Source: an uncultured bacterium
GTDB lineage: Bacteria; Patescibacteriota; Saccharimonadia; UBA4664
Length of the DNA stretch: 64,000 bases
NCBI GenBank assembly: GCA_963720265.1
Contig: CAVRET010000001.1
Span: 261,916 to 325,915 of the forward strand
Direction: 5' to 3'
Shown here: piece after piece, positions 53,030-62,408 of the stretch
How positions within the stretch are numbered: the stretch's first letter is position 1
How the letters are laid out: each line of letters starts with the position of its first letter
Notes under the pieces: generated by a model
Database searches by the model: none
What the model saw: the letters and a program-made list of their open reading frames with translations, nothing else
Told to the model about the DNA's origin: nothing
Made by a program: the position numbers and the translations under genes

Positions 53030-54511
53030 TTAATTCTTAGGAATCGTGAGCCACGGAATAGCGAGAGCGGCGGCGATGAGGAATGACGTGAGCGCCACAA
53101 TAAGCGTGAGCGGGCCGCGGCGGGCGGCAGTGGCGGGTTGGCCGGTAAGGAGCGCCGGCGCGGTTTCGCGGTCTTCGATAGTAACAAGCTTGCGATAGAG
53201 CGCGGTCCACCAGGAAGCGGTGCCGGCACCGAATAAGGCGCCGGCCAGCCATGCCAACAGCCCAATTACTATAACTGTCTCCGGTTGCCAGATGGACGGC
53301 ACAGTCACAATGAGACCGACGGCAATGACGGCCAGGGGTAGGGCTAAAATGAGCTCGAGAATGAGCATTACGAAGCGCCAACCGATGAGCTCCAGGCGGT
53401 GGCTAAACAGCCTCCAGCCGAGTTTAGCTGCCGGCAGCGGTGCCTTGTTGGTGAGCGTGAGGGCGACGCCGCTGATGCCGCGGGTGAGCGCCAGAGCAGT
53501 GGCGGCATAGAGCAATAAGAGGAAGATGATAAACAAAGCTGTCAGTTGGAGCTCTGAGCTGACCGGCCACGTACCGCCACCGGTGAATACAAGGGCTGTT
53601 ACTGTGGCAAATATGAGCAGCTCAGACAGCCCAAAGCCGAGATCGAGCGCCAGGCGACGGCTAAACGTGTTGATACCGACGCCGACTTGCTGGCCGAGAC
53701 CGACCGGCCTGGCGTCAGCCTCGCGGGCAAGGCCGTAGATTATCGCGGTATGGCCAATGCTGCGGCCGATATAATAGATTGCTGCCAGCACGACTACTTC
53801 AACCCAAAGGCGCGGACCGGCCGTGACAATCCCCGACGCCATACGCGGCAGGCCGCCGGTGTACATGAGCCAGACTAAATAACCGCAGGCCAGACCGATA
53901 ACAGCCGCTGCGGCCGCGGCCAAGGCCAACCAGTGCAGGCGAGCCCGGGCACGCAGGCTGGCTTTGGTAATAGGGCCGAAATGCAGCGGCGCTACGCCGA
54001 CTTTGTGGGCCGGCGGCCGATGAGGTTTGGGATCATGGGCGGGCTTTGGTAGTGCCAGGTCGGTGAGGCGGCGAGCCGGCGTGGCAGTTTCGGCGGGAGT
54101 AGTCTCGTTGGCTGAGCTTTTTGCCTCGGCAACGTGCTTGCGGCGCCGAAGCTTGTGGATTTTGGGCTGCTTTGGCTCGGGTGCCTGCGTCGCAGTAGCG
54201 GTCGGTTTTGGATCCGGCGGCGGCCCGGGGGTTTGCGGTGACACAGCGAATTTAGCTATGGCCGGCGACGGTTTGATATCAGCCACGGATTTTAGCGGCG
54301 CATCGAGTTGAACACTGCGAGGTCGCCCAGGCGGCCGTTTCTTAGTAATGCGTGACGCTTTGGAAGTGCTTGTTGGTGCCCCGCCGGTTTGACTGGTTGT
54401 GGTTGGTGCGGCTGCCACAACTGATTCCGGAACCATTTGGCCACAATTAATACAAAAGTGCTGATCTTGCACCGCAATAATCTGATCTGAATGGCAGTTA
54501 GGACAGGTCAT
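53030..54511 (-). CDS. Zinc-ribbon (CPNC...CINC) / proline-rich linker / polytopic membrane-domain protein
   Basis: N-terminal C.{2}C.{14}C.{2}C, about 180-aa Pro/Ala/Thr/Lys-rich linker, 8+ TM helices. Confidence 0.5.
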   Translation of the reverse strand: MTCPNCHSDQIIAVQDQHFCINCGQMVPESVVAAAPTTTSQTGGAPTSTSKASRITKKRPPGRPRSVQLDAPLKSVADIKPSPAIAKFAVSPQTPGPPPDPKPTATATQAPEPKQPKIHKLRRRKHVAEAKSSANETTPAETATPARRLTDLALPKPAHDPKPHRPPAHKVGVAPLHFGPITKASLRARARLHWLALAAAAAAVIGLACGYLVWLMYTGGLPRMASGIVTAGPRLWVEVVVLAAIYYIGRSIGHTAIIYGLAREADARPVGLGQQVGVGINTFSRRLALDLGFGLSELLIFATVTALVFTGGGTWPVSSELQLTALFIIFLLLLYAATALALTRGISGVALTLTNKAPLPAAKLGWRLFSHRLELIGWRFVMLILELILALPLAVIAVGLIVTVPSIWQPETVIVIGLLAWLAGALFGAGTASWWTALYRKLVTIEDRETAPALLTGQPATAARRGPLTLIVALTSFLIAAALAIPWLTIPKN

Positions 54512-54657
54512 CCTTAGTGATATTTAAGCACTACCGGGAGCGATACTCAATGCGGTTATGCTTCGAAGTTTTCCCATGCTATCCCCTGTTTTGTTGGTGG
54601 AAATTCCAATGAGTAGCGGATGGCGATTAGGATTTTGTCTAAACTGTGCGACTCGGT

Positions 54658-55737
54658 CTAGGCCGGTCGGTTGATGAGGTAGCTGGCTAAGCGGCTGAGT
54701 TCGCCTTCGACCGAGGCAGAAAACTCCAGCTGGGGCAACACCGCTAGGGCCTGGTCGATGCGCTCCCCGGCCAGGTCTTCGGTGGCTTTGCGCGCGCCAC
54801 AACGTTCGTAAATCGTGCGTACTGTGGCCAAGTGGTGGTAACCTGCCTTGGGGTTTCCGGCAATGGTCTCGAGTATCCGGCGATCGGCCGGGTCGGCTCG
54901 GTGTAAGGCGGTCATATGTAAGACCGTGCGCTTGCCTTCGCGCAGATCGGAGAGCACGGATTTGCCGAGCTGCTGTTCGTTGCCGAAGGTACCGAGCAGG
55001 TCGTCGGCGAGCTGAAACGCTACGCCCAGAGGCTCGGCAAAGTCCGGAATGTGCCGGATAGCGGCAACTGGTGCGCCGGCCAGCAGTGCGCCCATGAGGA
55101 GCGGGGCGCGAAAACTGTAGGCTGCGGTTTTGGCCTGGTAGAGCTTGAGCAGGCGTTCCGGTGTAATCTCGGTCGCGTCTCTTGTGGGCATGAGCACGTC
55201 GAGCGTCTCGCCGGCAAATACCTCGAAGTTGGCATCGATATTGGCGCGGGCGGCGGCGAGGCGCGCGCTTTCGGCAAACGGCGACGTGAGAATGAGCTCG
55301 GTAGCGAGATTGGCGTTAATGTCGCCGGCGATGAGTGCCATGGCGTCGGCCAGGTGCCGGCCGCCGGCAATGCGCTCTTTGGTAAACTGGGCGCGGTAAA
55401 GGCCGGCAATATTTGGGCCGCCGTAACGTACGAGATCGCGGTCGATCAGATCATCGTGAATGAGCCAGGCGTTGTGGTAGAGCTCGGACGCAATCGAGGT
55501 TTTCAGAAGGGCTGGCTCGTACTCAGCCGGTCCATCGCTGCCGGTATAGCTGAGGTAGACCAGATATGGCCGCAGCCGTTTACCGCCGCGGGCCAAGAAA
55601 GCCGACAAGTGTCTGAGCAACTCGCCGTAGGCCGGGTCAAATTCAGCTGCGGCAGCGGTGCGTTCGGCCATCACCGCCACCAGCTCGGCGTTAAAGCGCT
55701 CTCGGAAGTCGGCCAAATTCAGCGGCGCACGCGTCAT
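54658..55737 (-). CDS. Polyprenyl diphosphate synthase (trans-isoprenyl diphosphate synthase family)
   Basis: LIHDDLIDRD (first DDxxD), FQLADDLLG (second). Confidence 0.8.
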   Translation of the reverse strand: MTRAPLNLADFRERFNAELVAVMAERTAAAAEFDPAYGELLRHLSAFLARGGKRLRPYLVYLSYTGSDGPAEYEPALLKTSIASELYHNAWLIHDDLIDRDLVRYGGPNIAGLYRAQFTKERIAGGRHLADAMALIAGDINANLATELILTSPFAESARLAAARANIDANFEVFAGETLDVLMPTRDATEITPERLLKLYQAKTAAYSFRAPLLMGALLAGAPVAAIRHIPDFAEPLGVAFQLADDLLGTFGNEQQLGKSVLSDLREGKRTVLHMTALHRADPADRRILETIAGNPKAGYHHLATVRTIYERCGARKATEDLAGERIDQALAVLPQLEFSASVEGELSRLASYLINRPA

Positions 55738-57326
55738 GTGGCTGCGACCGGAGCTGGTTTCGCGGCTACGGGGTCTTCTGAAGCCTGGTTGGTTTGAGGC
55801 AGTGTGAGCGTAAAGGTGGAGCCGTGGTTAAGCTTGGAGGTGAAGGTAATGCGGGCGCCTAGTTTTTCGGCCAGTTTGTGGGTGATGTAGAGGCCAAGGC
55901 CGGTGCCACCGGTGGCCCGGGTGCGGTAGTCCTCGGAGCGGTAGAATTTGGTGAAAATCATGGGTTTGTCGCTGGCCGAGATACCAATGCCGGTATCGCT
56001 GACGGCAAACTCGAGACCGGTCTTGGCACGTTTGACAGACAGCGTAATGCTGCCTTTGGGTGTGTACTTGATGGCGTTGGTGATGAGGTTTTGCAGGATT
56101 TCGCGGAGCTCCATTTGGCTGGTAACGATGCTTCCCAAATCCGGCTCAGCCTCAAGCTCGAGCTTCAGGCGCTTGGCCCGGGCCTGATCGTGGTAGTCGC
56201 GAACGAGTTGCTCGGCGACACCTCCGACATCAACGAGGTCGTGGCTGAGGTTGAGCTGGTCGCGTTCGGCTCTGGCGAGCGTTGAGAGGTCTTGAATGAG
56301 TTGGCTTAGGAACACAATGTTGTTGTGCGATTCGTCGAGGAGCGGACGGATTTTGGCCGGCAATTTGGCAAAACTGGGCAACATGGCAGTGGAAAGGTTG
56401 GCCTCAGCGATGGCGAGTGGAGTGCGTAATTCGTGCGAGGTGACGGCAATGAATTCGCTGCGTTCCTCGTCGAGTGATTTTTGCTTGGTGATGTCGCGGA
56501 AAACCACCATGTAGCCGCCGCGGTGATCGGTGCCGGTGCCGAAAGCCCGGACCGGCGTGAGTGTGAGGTCGAGGATGATGTTGGACCCATCGGAGGCATG
56601 GTAGGTGAGATCCCCGCGACTGAGCGGCCGATCCCCGTGGGCGATGAGCTGAAGTATGTTTACTCGGTGGTCGTGGGCATCGTGTAAGGGCAAAACGTTG
56701 CTAATAGCAAGGCCGGCGATCGACCGGTTGGTATTGAGGAGCTCGAGGGCGGCCGCGTTGTAGAGGTAGATTTTGCCGTGTTCATCAATGGCTAGGACGG
56801 CGCTTGAGATGCTATTAATGAGCGCGAGCAGGCGCTGGCGTTCGCCTTCGGCCTGACGACTGAAGCGATCTTCGAGCATAAAGCTAAAGAGGAGCAAAAG
56901 TGTCAGTTTCACGACGAGTCCGGCGCCGGTGCTGGTTGCCGCCGGGCTGACATGAATTTGCCAGACGATAACGCCCATGGCCAATTGGCTACTGATGGCA
57001 AAGGAAAAGCCGGCCAGCCCGTAGTTGCTAATGAGGGCGGCGATGAGCAAAAAGACCAACGGGTAGTAGGTACTCTCGAGTCCGCCGGTCAATACGATGA
57101 GGCCAAAAACGAACAAGTGATCGATGGCCAGCGTATTCATACGTGATGTGAATACGGCAGCGCCGGTGCGCGGCCGTAGATAATGGGCCAGGTTGTAGAA
57201 GATGCCAGCCCCGAGCAACGTCAGCAGCATGATACTCGTCGGGTTGTGGCTGAACGGATAGGTTAGGAGTACGAGCGCGATGCACACCCAGCGCATGGTG
57301 CGGGCGGCTACGTCATATGATTTCAT
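55734..57326 (-). CDS. Membrane sensor histidine kinase with PAS-like domain
   Basis: 6 TM, H-box IAVTSHELRTPL, N/G boxes NAIKYT...DTGIGI...GGTGLGLYI. Confidence 0.8.
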   Translation of the reverse strand: MKSYDVAARTMRWVCIALVLLTYPFSHNPTSIMLLTLLGAGIFYNLAHYLRPRTGAAVFTSRMNTLAIDHLFVFGLIVLTGGLESTYYPLVFLLIAALISNYGLAGFSFAISSQLAMGVIVWQIHVSPAATSTGAGLVVKLTLLLLFSFMLEDRFSRQAEGERQRLLALINSISSAVLAIDEHGKIYLYNAAALELLNTNRSIAGLAISNVLPLHDAHDHRVNILQLIAHGDRPLSRGDLTYHASDGSNIILDLTLTPVRAFGTGTDHRGGYMVVFRDITKQKSLDEERSEFIAVTSHELRTPLAIAEANLSTAMLPSFAKLPAKIRPLLDESHNNIVFLSQLIQDLSTLARAERDQLNLSHDLVDVGGVAEQLVRDYHDQARAKRLKLELEAEPDLGSIVTSQMELREILQNLITNAIKYTPKGSITLSVKRAKTGLEFAVSDTGIGISASDKPMIFTKFYRSEDYRTRATGGTGLGLYITHKLAEKLGARITFTSKLNHGSTFTLTLPQTNQASEDPVAAKPAPVAAT

Positions 57327-58225
57327 GACTCCAGCAGTGACTTGAGTTTTTGTAAAGCTTCTGGCGAGAAGAGGTCGGTGAGCTCGCCGTCCTCAACCCA
57401 TTCGTGGTATTCGAGCTCGGTGTTTACTTTGCTTTCTTTGTCGCTAGGTTTATCTTCAGGCGCCTCTGATTCGGCCTTGGCAGCCTCGACCGGTTTGAAT
57501 GAATAGCGTACCCGGTATGAACTGCCGGATCTGGCTAGTGTAAAGTGCTCGGCCGGCTCAAAGCCGACAATCTCATATTCGGTCCACTCTCCATCCTGGT
57601 TTTGGTTCTTGTAAATTGTGCCAAGTTTGGGCGGCCGTTCGTTGGCTTCTTCATCAGCAATAGCGTCAATCCATTTGGCAGTATTCGAGGGATCAAGCGT
57701 GTAATCGAAAACCGTGGCGGCCGGCCGGTCGATTGTAATGGTGAGTGTGTGACTGTGAATCGGCTCAGGCTCGGGTTCATCGGCTGGGGTGGGTGGAATG
57801 GTGCGGCGCGGATGACGCAGCCAGCGCCAGGCAAAGAAACCGCCGACCAATATCACGACGATGACGCCGAACCACCACAGCCAGGCCCATGAGCTGTCGC
57901 CCGTGAGCTGGTACGGGCTACCGTCGGCCTCACCTTGGATGACTTGGAGTGTACCTTGGTCTGAGGCCGGGGCCTGGAGCGCGTTTGAATTGGGTGCGGT
58001 GAGGCCGTTTGAAGCACCGGTGGCTGATTGCAGCGGATTATTGCCGGCCGGCTGGAGTGTGGCACTGTCCGCACTGGAACCGCCGGTGGAGGTACCGGAG
58101 CTGGCTGCCGGTCCAAGCCCGGCGGCTGATGCACCTTGATCCACTGCTACATCGGCCAAGCCCGCGGCCGGTATAAGCGCAACGATTGAAGCAAAGCTGA
58201 TTGCGATAAGTGTGCGCCGAAGCAT
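57323..58225 (-). CDS. Secreted/anchored protein with Ser/Ala/Gly-rich region, TM anchor and C-terminal SRPBCC-like domain
   Basis: Signal-like MLRRTLIAISFASIVALIPAAG, central TM WAWLWWFGVIVVILVGGFFAW; domain call is tentative. Confidence 0.45.
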   Translation of the reverse strand: MLRRTLIAISFASIVALIPAAGLADVAVDQGASAAGLGPAASSGTSTGGSSADSATLQPAGNNPLQSATGASNGLTAPNSNALQAPASDQGTLQVIQGEADGSPYQLTGDSSWAWLWWFGVIVVILVGGFFAWRWLRHPRRTIPPTPADEPEPEPIHSHTLTITIDRPAATVFDYTLDPSNTAKWIDAIADEEANERPPKLGTIYKNQNQDGEWTEYEIVGFEPAEHFTLARSGSSYRVRYSFKPVEAAKAESEAPEDKPSDKESKVNTELEYHEWVEDGELTDLFSPEALQKLKSLLES

Positions 58226-58355
58226 AGTGGTATTGTATCTGCTCCGAGGCCCTGCGACAAACGATATGGGGGTCATGCGCGAGGAATATAGGGTTGATTT
58301 TTTTGATGAGATGTTTTATTGTTAGGTATCCCTGCTGCGCGAACGGAGTAGCAGG

Positions 58356-58988
58356 ATGCAAACCGTACGACCAAACGAAGGGGCGGGAATGAAGCATTTT
58401 CTGATGGAGAACTTTCCCCTCATGTACTGGAGCAATCTCGAGGCCAAGGCTGGCGCGGTGCTATGCATCGTTCTCGGAGCTGCGGCCGCCACCGAGGCAT
58501 TGCGACAGCGCAGGCTGTGGACAAAGCGCATCGCGACGCTGGTCTGGTTCGCGCTCGCGGCCGCCGAGGTCACGATCGCGCTCTTCGAGTTCACGAAGGA
58601 CGTGGTGACACTCCTGCTGACAGCCGTGTTGATCATGGTGCTCATGGTGCACGGGATCAACAGCTTTATGGCCGAGCGCAACGGCAGCGCGAAGAGCCGC
58701 CGCAAGGCCATGACTCTGGGCTCGCTGGCGGCTGCAATCGCGGTCGAGCTAGTAATGCTGATCGCGTGCCTGTGGTACGTATTCAGTGCCCTGCACTGGC
58801 CGTCGTGGACCATGACTGTCCTGGACTGGGTGGACAACTATGTCTTCTGGTTCATGGCCGCCGCTGCGTTCGCGTACATGGTGTGCTGGCTCGGGCCGGT
58901 ACTTCTCGGTGAACGGCACCTCAAGGAGTGGTGGACTCGGGACATCTATCAGCCGCTACGCTGGGGCCTGGTCGCCGCCGGCGTTTGA
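58356..58988 (+). CDS. Hypothetical membrane protein (4-5 TM), GC-rich
   Basis: 210-aa ORF, about 64% GC. Confidence 0.35.
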   Translation: MQTVRPNEGAGMKHFLMENFPLMYWSNLEAKAGAVLCIVLGAAAATEALRQRRLWTKRIATLVWFALAAAEVTIALFEFTKDVVTLLLTAVLIMVLMVHGINSFMAERNGSAKSRRKAMTLGSLAAAIAVELVMLIACLWYVFSALHWPSWTMTVLDWVDNYVFWFMAAAAFAYMVCWLGPVLLGERHLKEWWTRDIYQPLRWGLVAAGV

Positions 58989-58995
58989 TTATCGA

Positions 58996-59040
58996 GCCCG
59001 GCGGGAGTAACGGAGCATGCCTGCTCCCCTCCCGCCGGGC
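58996..59040 (+). terminator. GC-rich hairpin (cccggcggga...tcccgccggg) after the membrane ORF
   Basis: 10-bp stem read directly; no U-tract. Confidence 0.3.
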
Positions 59041-59328
59041 TACGAGGTTTCATGCTGTTTGCATGAATATGCGAGGTATGGTACAAACGCGACACAGGCG
59101 ATGACGCAGCTGACACTGCCGAGCTAAGAGAAGAACGCCGCGGTTGCGGTTATTAGAACTCTTCGGGTGCGCCCGTTACTGCGCAACGCCGCTATGCGGC
59201 GACCAAGGCCGGATCGGCAACGGTTTGGTGAAGCAAGGTGGCACCACGATTGTATTCGTCCTTGCACGTTAGTTCTAAGCTTTGGCTTAGGGCTGCGAGC
59301 GGGATTTTTTTAATGGCTGGAGGAATGT

Positions 59329-60642
59329 ATGGCAGAGGATGTGTTGGTCCGGGATTTAAAAGAACATGCCGGTAAGAACGTGAGCGTGCGCGGCTGGCTG
59401 CACAAGCGTCGTGATTTGGGCGGTATTGTGTTTGTGGTGTTGCGCGACCGGAGTGGCCTAGTACAGGCGGTTATTCATAGTGCAGATGAGCAGGCCAAGC
59501 TGGAGGGCTTGTACAACGGAACGGTGCTGGGGATTGCGGGCCAGGTCGTGGACGAGCCGCGGGCAGTCGGCGGCGTGGAACTGCACGAGCCGAAGCTTAC
59601 AATTATTACTCCGGTGAGCGAGGTGATGCCGGTGGAGATCGATAAACCGATTGACCACCGCTCGGAGAATTTTGACACCTTGTTTGAAAACCGGGCGCTT
59701 AATTTGCGCAACGTGGATGAGCAGCGGGTGTTTCGTGTGCGGGCGGCGCTTAACCGCTATATCCGCGAATTTCTGACTGAGCATGAATTTGTGGAAATTC
59801 AGACGCCCAAGCTGCTGGCCGGCGCGACTGAAGGCGGCGCTGAAGTGTTTAAACTCGATTATTTTGGCCAAGAAGCGACACTCGCGCAAAGTCCACAGCT
59901 ATACAAGCAGATGATGGTGGGGGTGTTTGAGCGGGTATTTGAGATTGGGCCGGCGTTTCGGGCTGAGCCGTCGGTGACCACGCGGCACATGAGCGAAGTG
60001 ACCATGCTCGACATTGAGTTTGGGTTCATCCGCGACCATGAAGAAGTGCTTGATATGGTGCAAGACATGACGTATAGCGTTATTACCCGGGTCTACCAGG
60101 AGCACGGCGGCGATTTGAAAGCGCTCAAGGCACCTGAGCTTGTGCTAAAGCCGAAATATCCGCGGTATTCAATGGATGAGATTCATAAAATGTACCAAGA
60201 AGCGACTGGTACTGATGTGTCAACCGAGCTTGATTTGACGCCGGATGAGGAGCGCTGGATTTGCGAATACACCCGTGACCACGAGGGTTGCGAGGCCGTG
60301 TATGCGACTGGGTTACCCAAGAGTAAGATGAAGTTTTACCACATGGCCTCAGAGGATGGCAAAACCGCGAAATCGGCCGACCTCTTGTTTCGCGGGGTGG
60401 AGATTGCGACTTGCCCGCAGCGGGAGCACCGGTATGAGATCTTGATTGAGCAAATGAAAGCGGCCGGGCTTGATCCTGACGCTCCGGGCAATCGCTATTT
60501 TGTGCAGGCGATCAAATTTGGTTTGCCGCCCCACGGCGGCTGCGGGTTTGGCATCGACCGCTTGGTGGAGAAGGTTTGTGGCCTGGGGAACGTCAAAGAA
60601 GCCACATTGTTCCCGCGTGACACGAAGCGGCTGGCGCCGTAA
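59329..60642 (+). CDS. aspS: Archaeal/eukaryal-type class IIb aspartyl-tRNA synthetase (AsnRS not excluded)
   Basis: 437 aa; OB-fold N-terminus, motif 2 GPAFRAE, motif 3 GLPPHGGCGFGIDRLV. Size and DRL favour AspRS type 2. Confidence 0.7.
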   Translation: MAEDVLVRDLKEHAGKNVSVRGWLHKRRDLGGIVFVVLRDRSGLVQAVIHSADEQAKLEGLYNGTVLGIAGQVVDEPRAVGGVELHEPKLTIITPVSEVMPVEIDKPIDHRSENFDTLFENRALNLRNVDEQRVFRVRAALNRYIREFLTEHEFVEIQTPKLLAGATEGGAEVFKLDYFGQEATLAQSPQLYKQMMVGVFERVFEIGPAFRAEPSVTTRHMSEVTMLDIEFGFIRDHEEVLDMVQDMTYSVITRVYQEHGGDLKALKAPELVLKPKYPRYSMDEIHKMYQEATGTDVSTELDLTPDEERWICEYTRDHEGCEAVYATGLPKSKMKFYHMASEDGKTAKSADLLFRGVEIATCPQREHRYEILIEQMKAAGLDPDAPGNRYFVQAIKFGLPPHGGCGFGIDRLVEKVCGLGNVKEATLFPRDTKRLAP

Positions 60643-60662
60643 TAGAGCCGGATTGCCGGCAC

Positions 60663-61388
60663 CTAGCCAACGTGTGTATTCAGGAGCCGACCGATGAAAT
60701 AGGTGGCGCCGGCGGCGAGAATGAGTACGATGAGCTGGCGTAAGGCGGACCTGACCGGCTTGCCGGTAGTTGTTTGACCGAGATAGCCGCCGATGCCCAA
60801 GGCTGCAATGATCGCCAGGCTAAACGATGTCATTGCGGCGGTGGCTCCTGTGGCAAAGAACCAGGGTAAAAGCGGCACGAGTGCGCCAAGCGAGAACATG
60901 ATAAAAGACGATAAGGCTGAGCCCCAGGGTGAGCCTAGTTCGTCGGGATTAATGCCAAGCTCGCTGCGGGCATAAACCGTCATGGCCTTGTCGGGGTCAC
61001 GGGCAATTTCTTTGCCGGCGATAGCGGCGGTTTCAGCCGTAACACCGTCTGAGACGAGGAGCTCTCGTAAGGTGGTGCGCATGATGTCTGGGTCGCGTTG
61101 TAGTTCCTCGCGTTCGGCTGTCAGGACGCTTTCGAGAAGCTCTGCCTGGCCACGCATGGAGATATACTCCCCCACAGCCATTGAACAGGCGCCGGCGATG
61201 AGGCTGGCGAAGCCGGCAATGCGGACAATGTCGGCCGACGTGCCGGCGCCGACAACGCCCAAAATCAATGATACGTTGGTAACCAGGCCGTCGCTGACTC
61301 CGAGTAGGGCGGCGCGGGCGGTGCCGCTTTGGGCACGCTCAATACGCTTACGGTGCGCTTCGTGCGGGCGGCGCAATTGTTCTTCCAT
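60663..61388 (-). CDS. VIT1/CCC1-family iron/manganese transporter
   Basis: LLGVSDGLVTNVSLILGVVGAG and 5 TM, DUF125 pattern. Confidence 0.7.
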   Translation of the reverse strand: MEEQLRRPHEAHRKRIERAQSGTARAALLGVSDGLVTNVSLILGVVGAGTSADIVRIAGFASLIAGACSMAVGEYISMRGQAELLESVLTAEREELQRDPDIMRTTLRELLVSDGVTAETAAIAGKEIARDPDKAMTVYARSELGINPDELGSPWGSALSSFIMFSLGALVPLLPWFFATGATAAMTSFSLAIIAALGIGGYLGQTTTGKPVRSALRQLIVLILAAGATYFIGRLLNTHVG

Positions 61389-61415
61389 GTAGGGTATTAT
61401 ACCGGGCAGGCAGTG

Positions 61416-62357
61416 CTACCACCAATGGTCGGACGGGTAGTACTTACGGGCGAGCGGGCCGGTAAGACGCGTGATTTCGGCGATTTCGTCCGGCTCCAGG
61501 ATGCGGCGCCAGCGGTCGAGGTTTTTGGCTGAGTCGCGGCGCAACACGTGGGCCTTATTGCCGGTTGGGTCAATCGGATTACCGGCCCGCGTATGCCGAT
61601 CGATGGTGGCGCGGACTTTGGACGTAAACTCGAGGCCAAGCTCCTGATAGAGCGCACGAAACCCGCTCGTGGGGTTGAGCGACAAGTCTTCGTGCCTCAC
61701 CATGATCATGTCGGGATTGTCGCGCAAAAAGGCATCGAGCACGGTGTAGATAGCAAGCCAGAGGTAGCTCCATTCTTCGATCTCAGTGAGGTTTTCGATA
61801 GTTAGGCCGCCGAGCACCGGCCCAAGGTAGCGATCCATGAGATTCGTCTGGTCGGTGAGCTCGTGGAGATTGTAACGCCAGCCGAGCCGCTTGTAGCTCG
61901 CAATCGTGGAGGCAGGATGACGCACAATGATAACCGTTTGCATGCTGAAATGTCGCTGCAGGTACTGGGACGCAAAGCAGGCCATCGGATCTTTGACCAG
62001 ATAGCGGTGCTTAAACGGATTGGCGGTGTCGAGCTGGTACTGGAGTTGCGGCTTAGAGCGGAAGAGCACGCGGGCGGCCCGTTTGGCGGTCGAGGGCTGG
62101 GCGTCGCGGTAGGGGTTAATCCTAAACCGGGAGCGGCCGGTTAGCAGGCCTTCGATGACTTCGTCGTAGGCCCGCACGTCGGCGCTGTTACTATCGTCAA
62201 GATAGGCGAAGGCCCGGTCGATACCCTCGATGCCGATTTCTTTATTAAACGGCTCTGAGAGATATATAACTTCGCGCGGCAAGGCAAGCATTTGTCCAAC
62301 GAACGTAGTGCCGCTGCGAGGTGCACCGGTAATCAGAATGGGTGTGGTAATAGCCAT
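61416..62357 (-). CDS. Sulfotransferase-family protein
   Basis: PILITGAPRSGTTFVGQML (5'-PSB PAPS loop), RHPAS (3'-PB region). Confidence 0.6.
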   Translation of the reverse strand: MAITTPILITGAPRSGTTFVGQMLALPREVIYLSEPFNKEIGIEGIDRAFAYLDDSNSADVRAYDEVIEGLLTGRSRFRINPYRDAQPSTAKRAARVLFRSKPQLQYQLDTANPFKHRYLVKDPMACFASQYLQRHFSMQTVIIVRHPASTIASYKRLGWRYNLHELTDQTNLMDRYLGPVLGGLTIENLTEIEEWSYLWLAIYTVLDAFLRDNPDMIMVRHEDLSLNPTSGFRALYQELGLEFTSKVRATIDRHTRAGNPIDPTGNKAHVLRRDSAKNLDRWRRILEPDEIAEITRLTGPLARKYYPSDHWW

Positions 62358-62408
62358 AACTTTATTATCCGCTGGAATCTGGGGATAATCTGAGAGGGCC
62401 AGTAAGGC

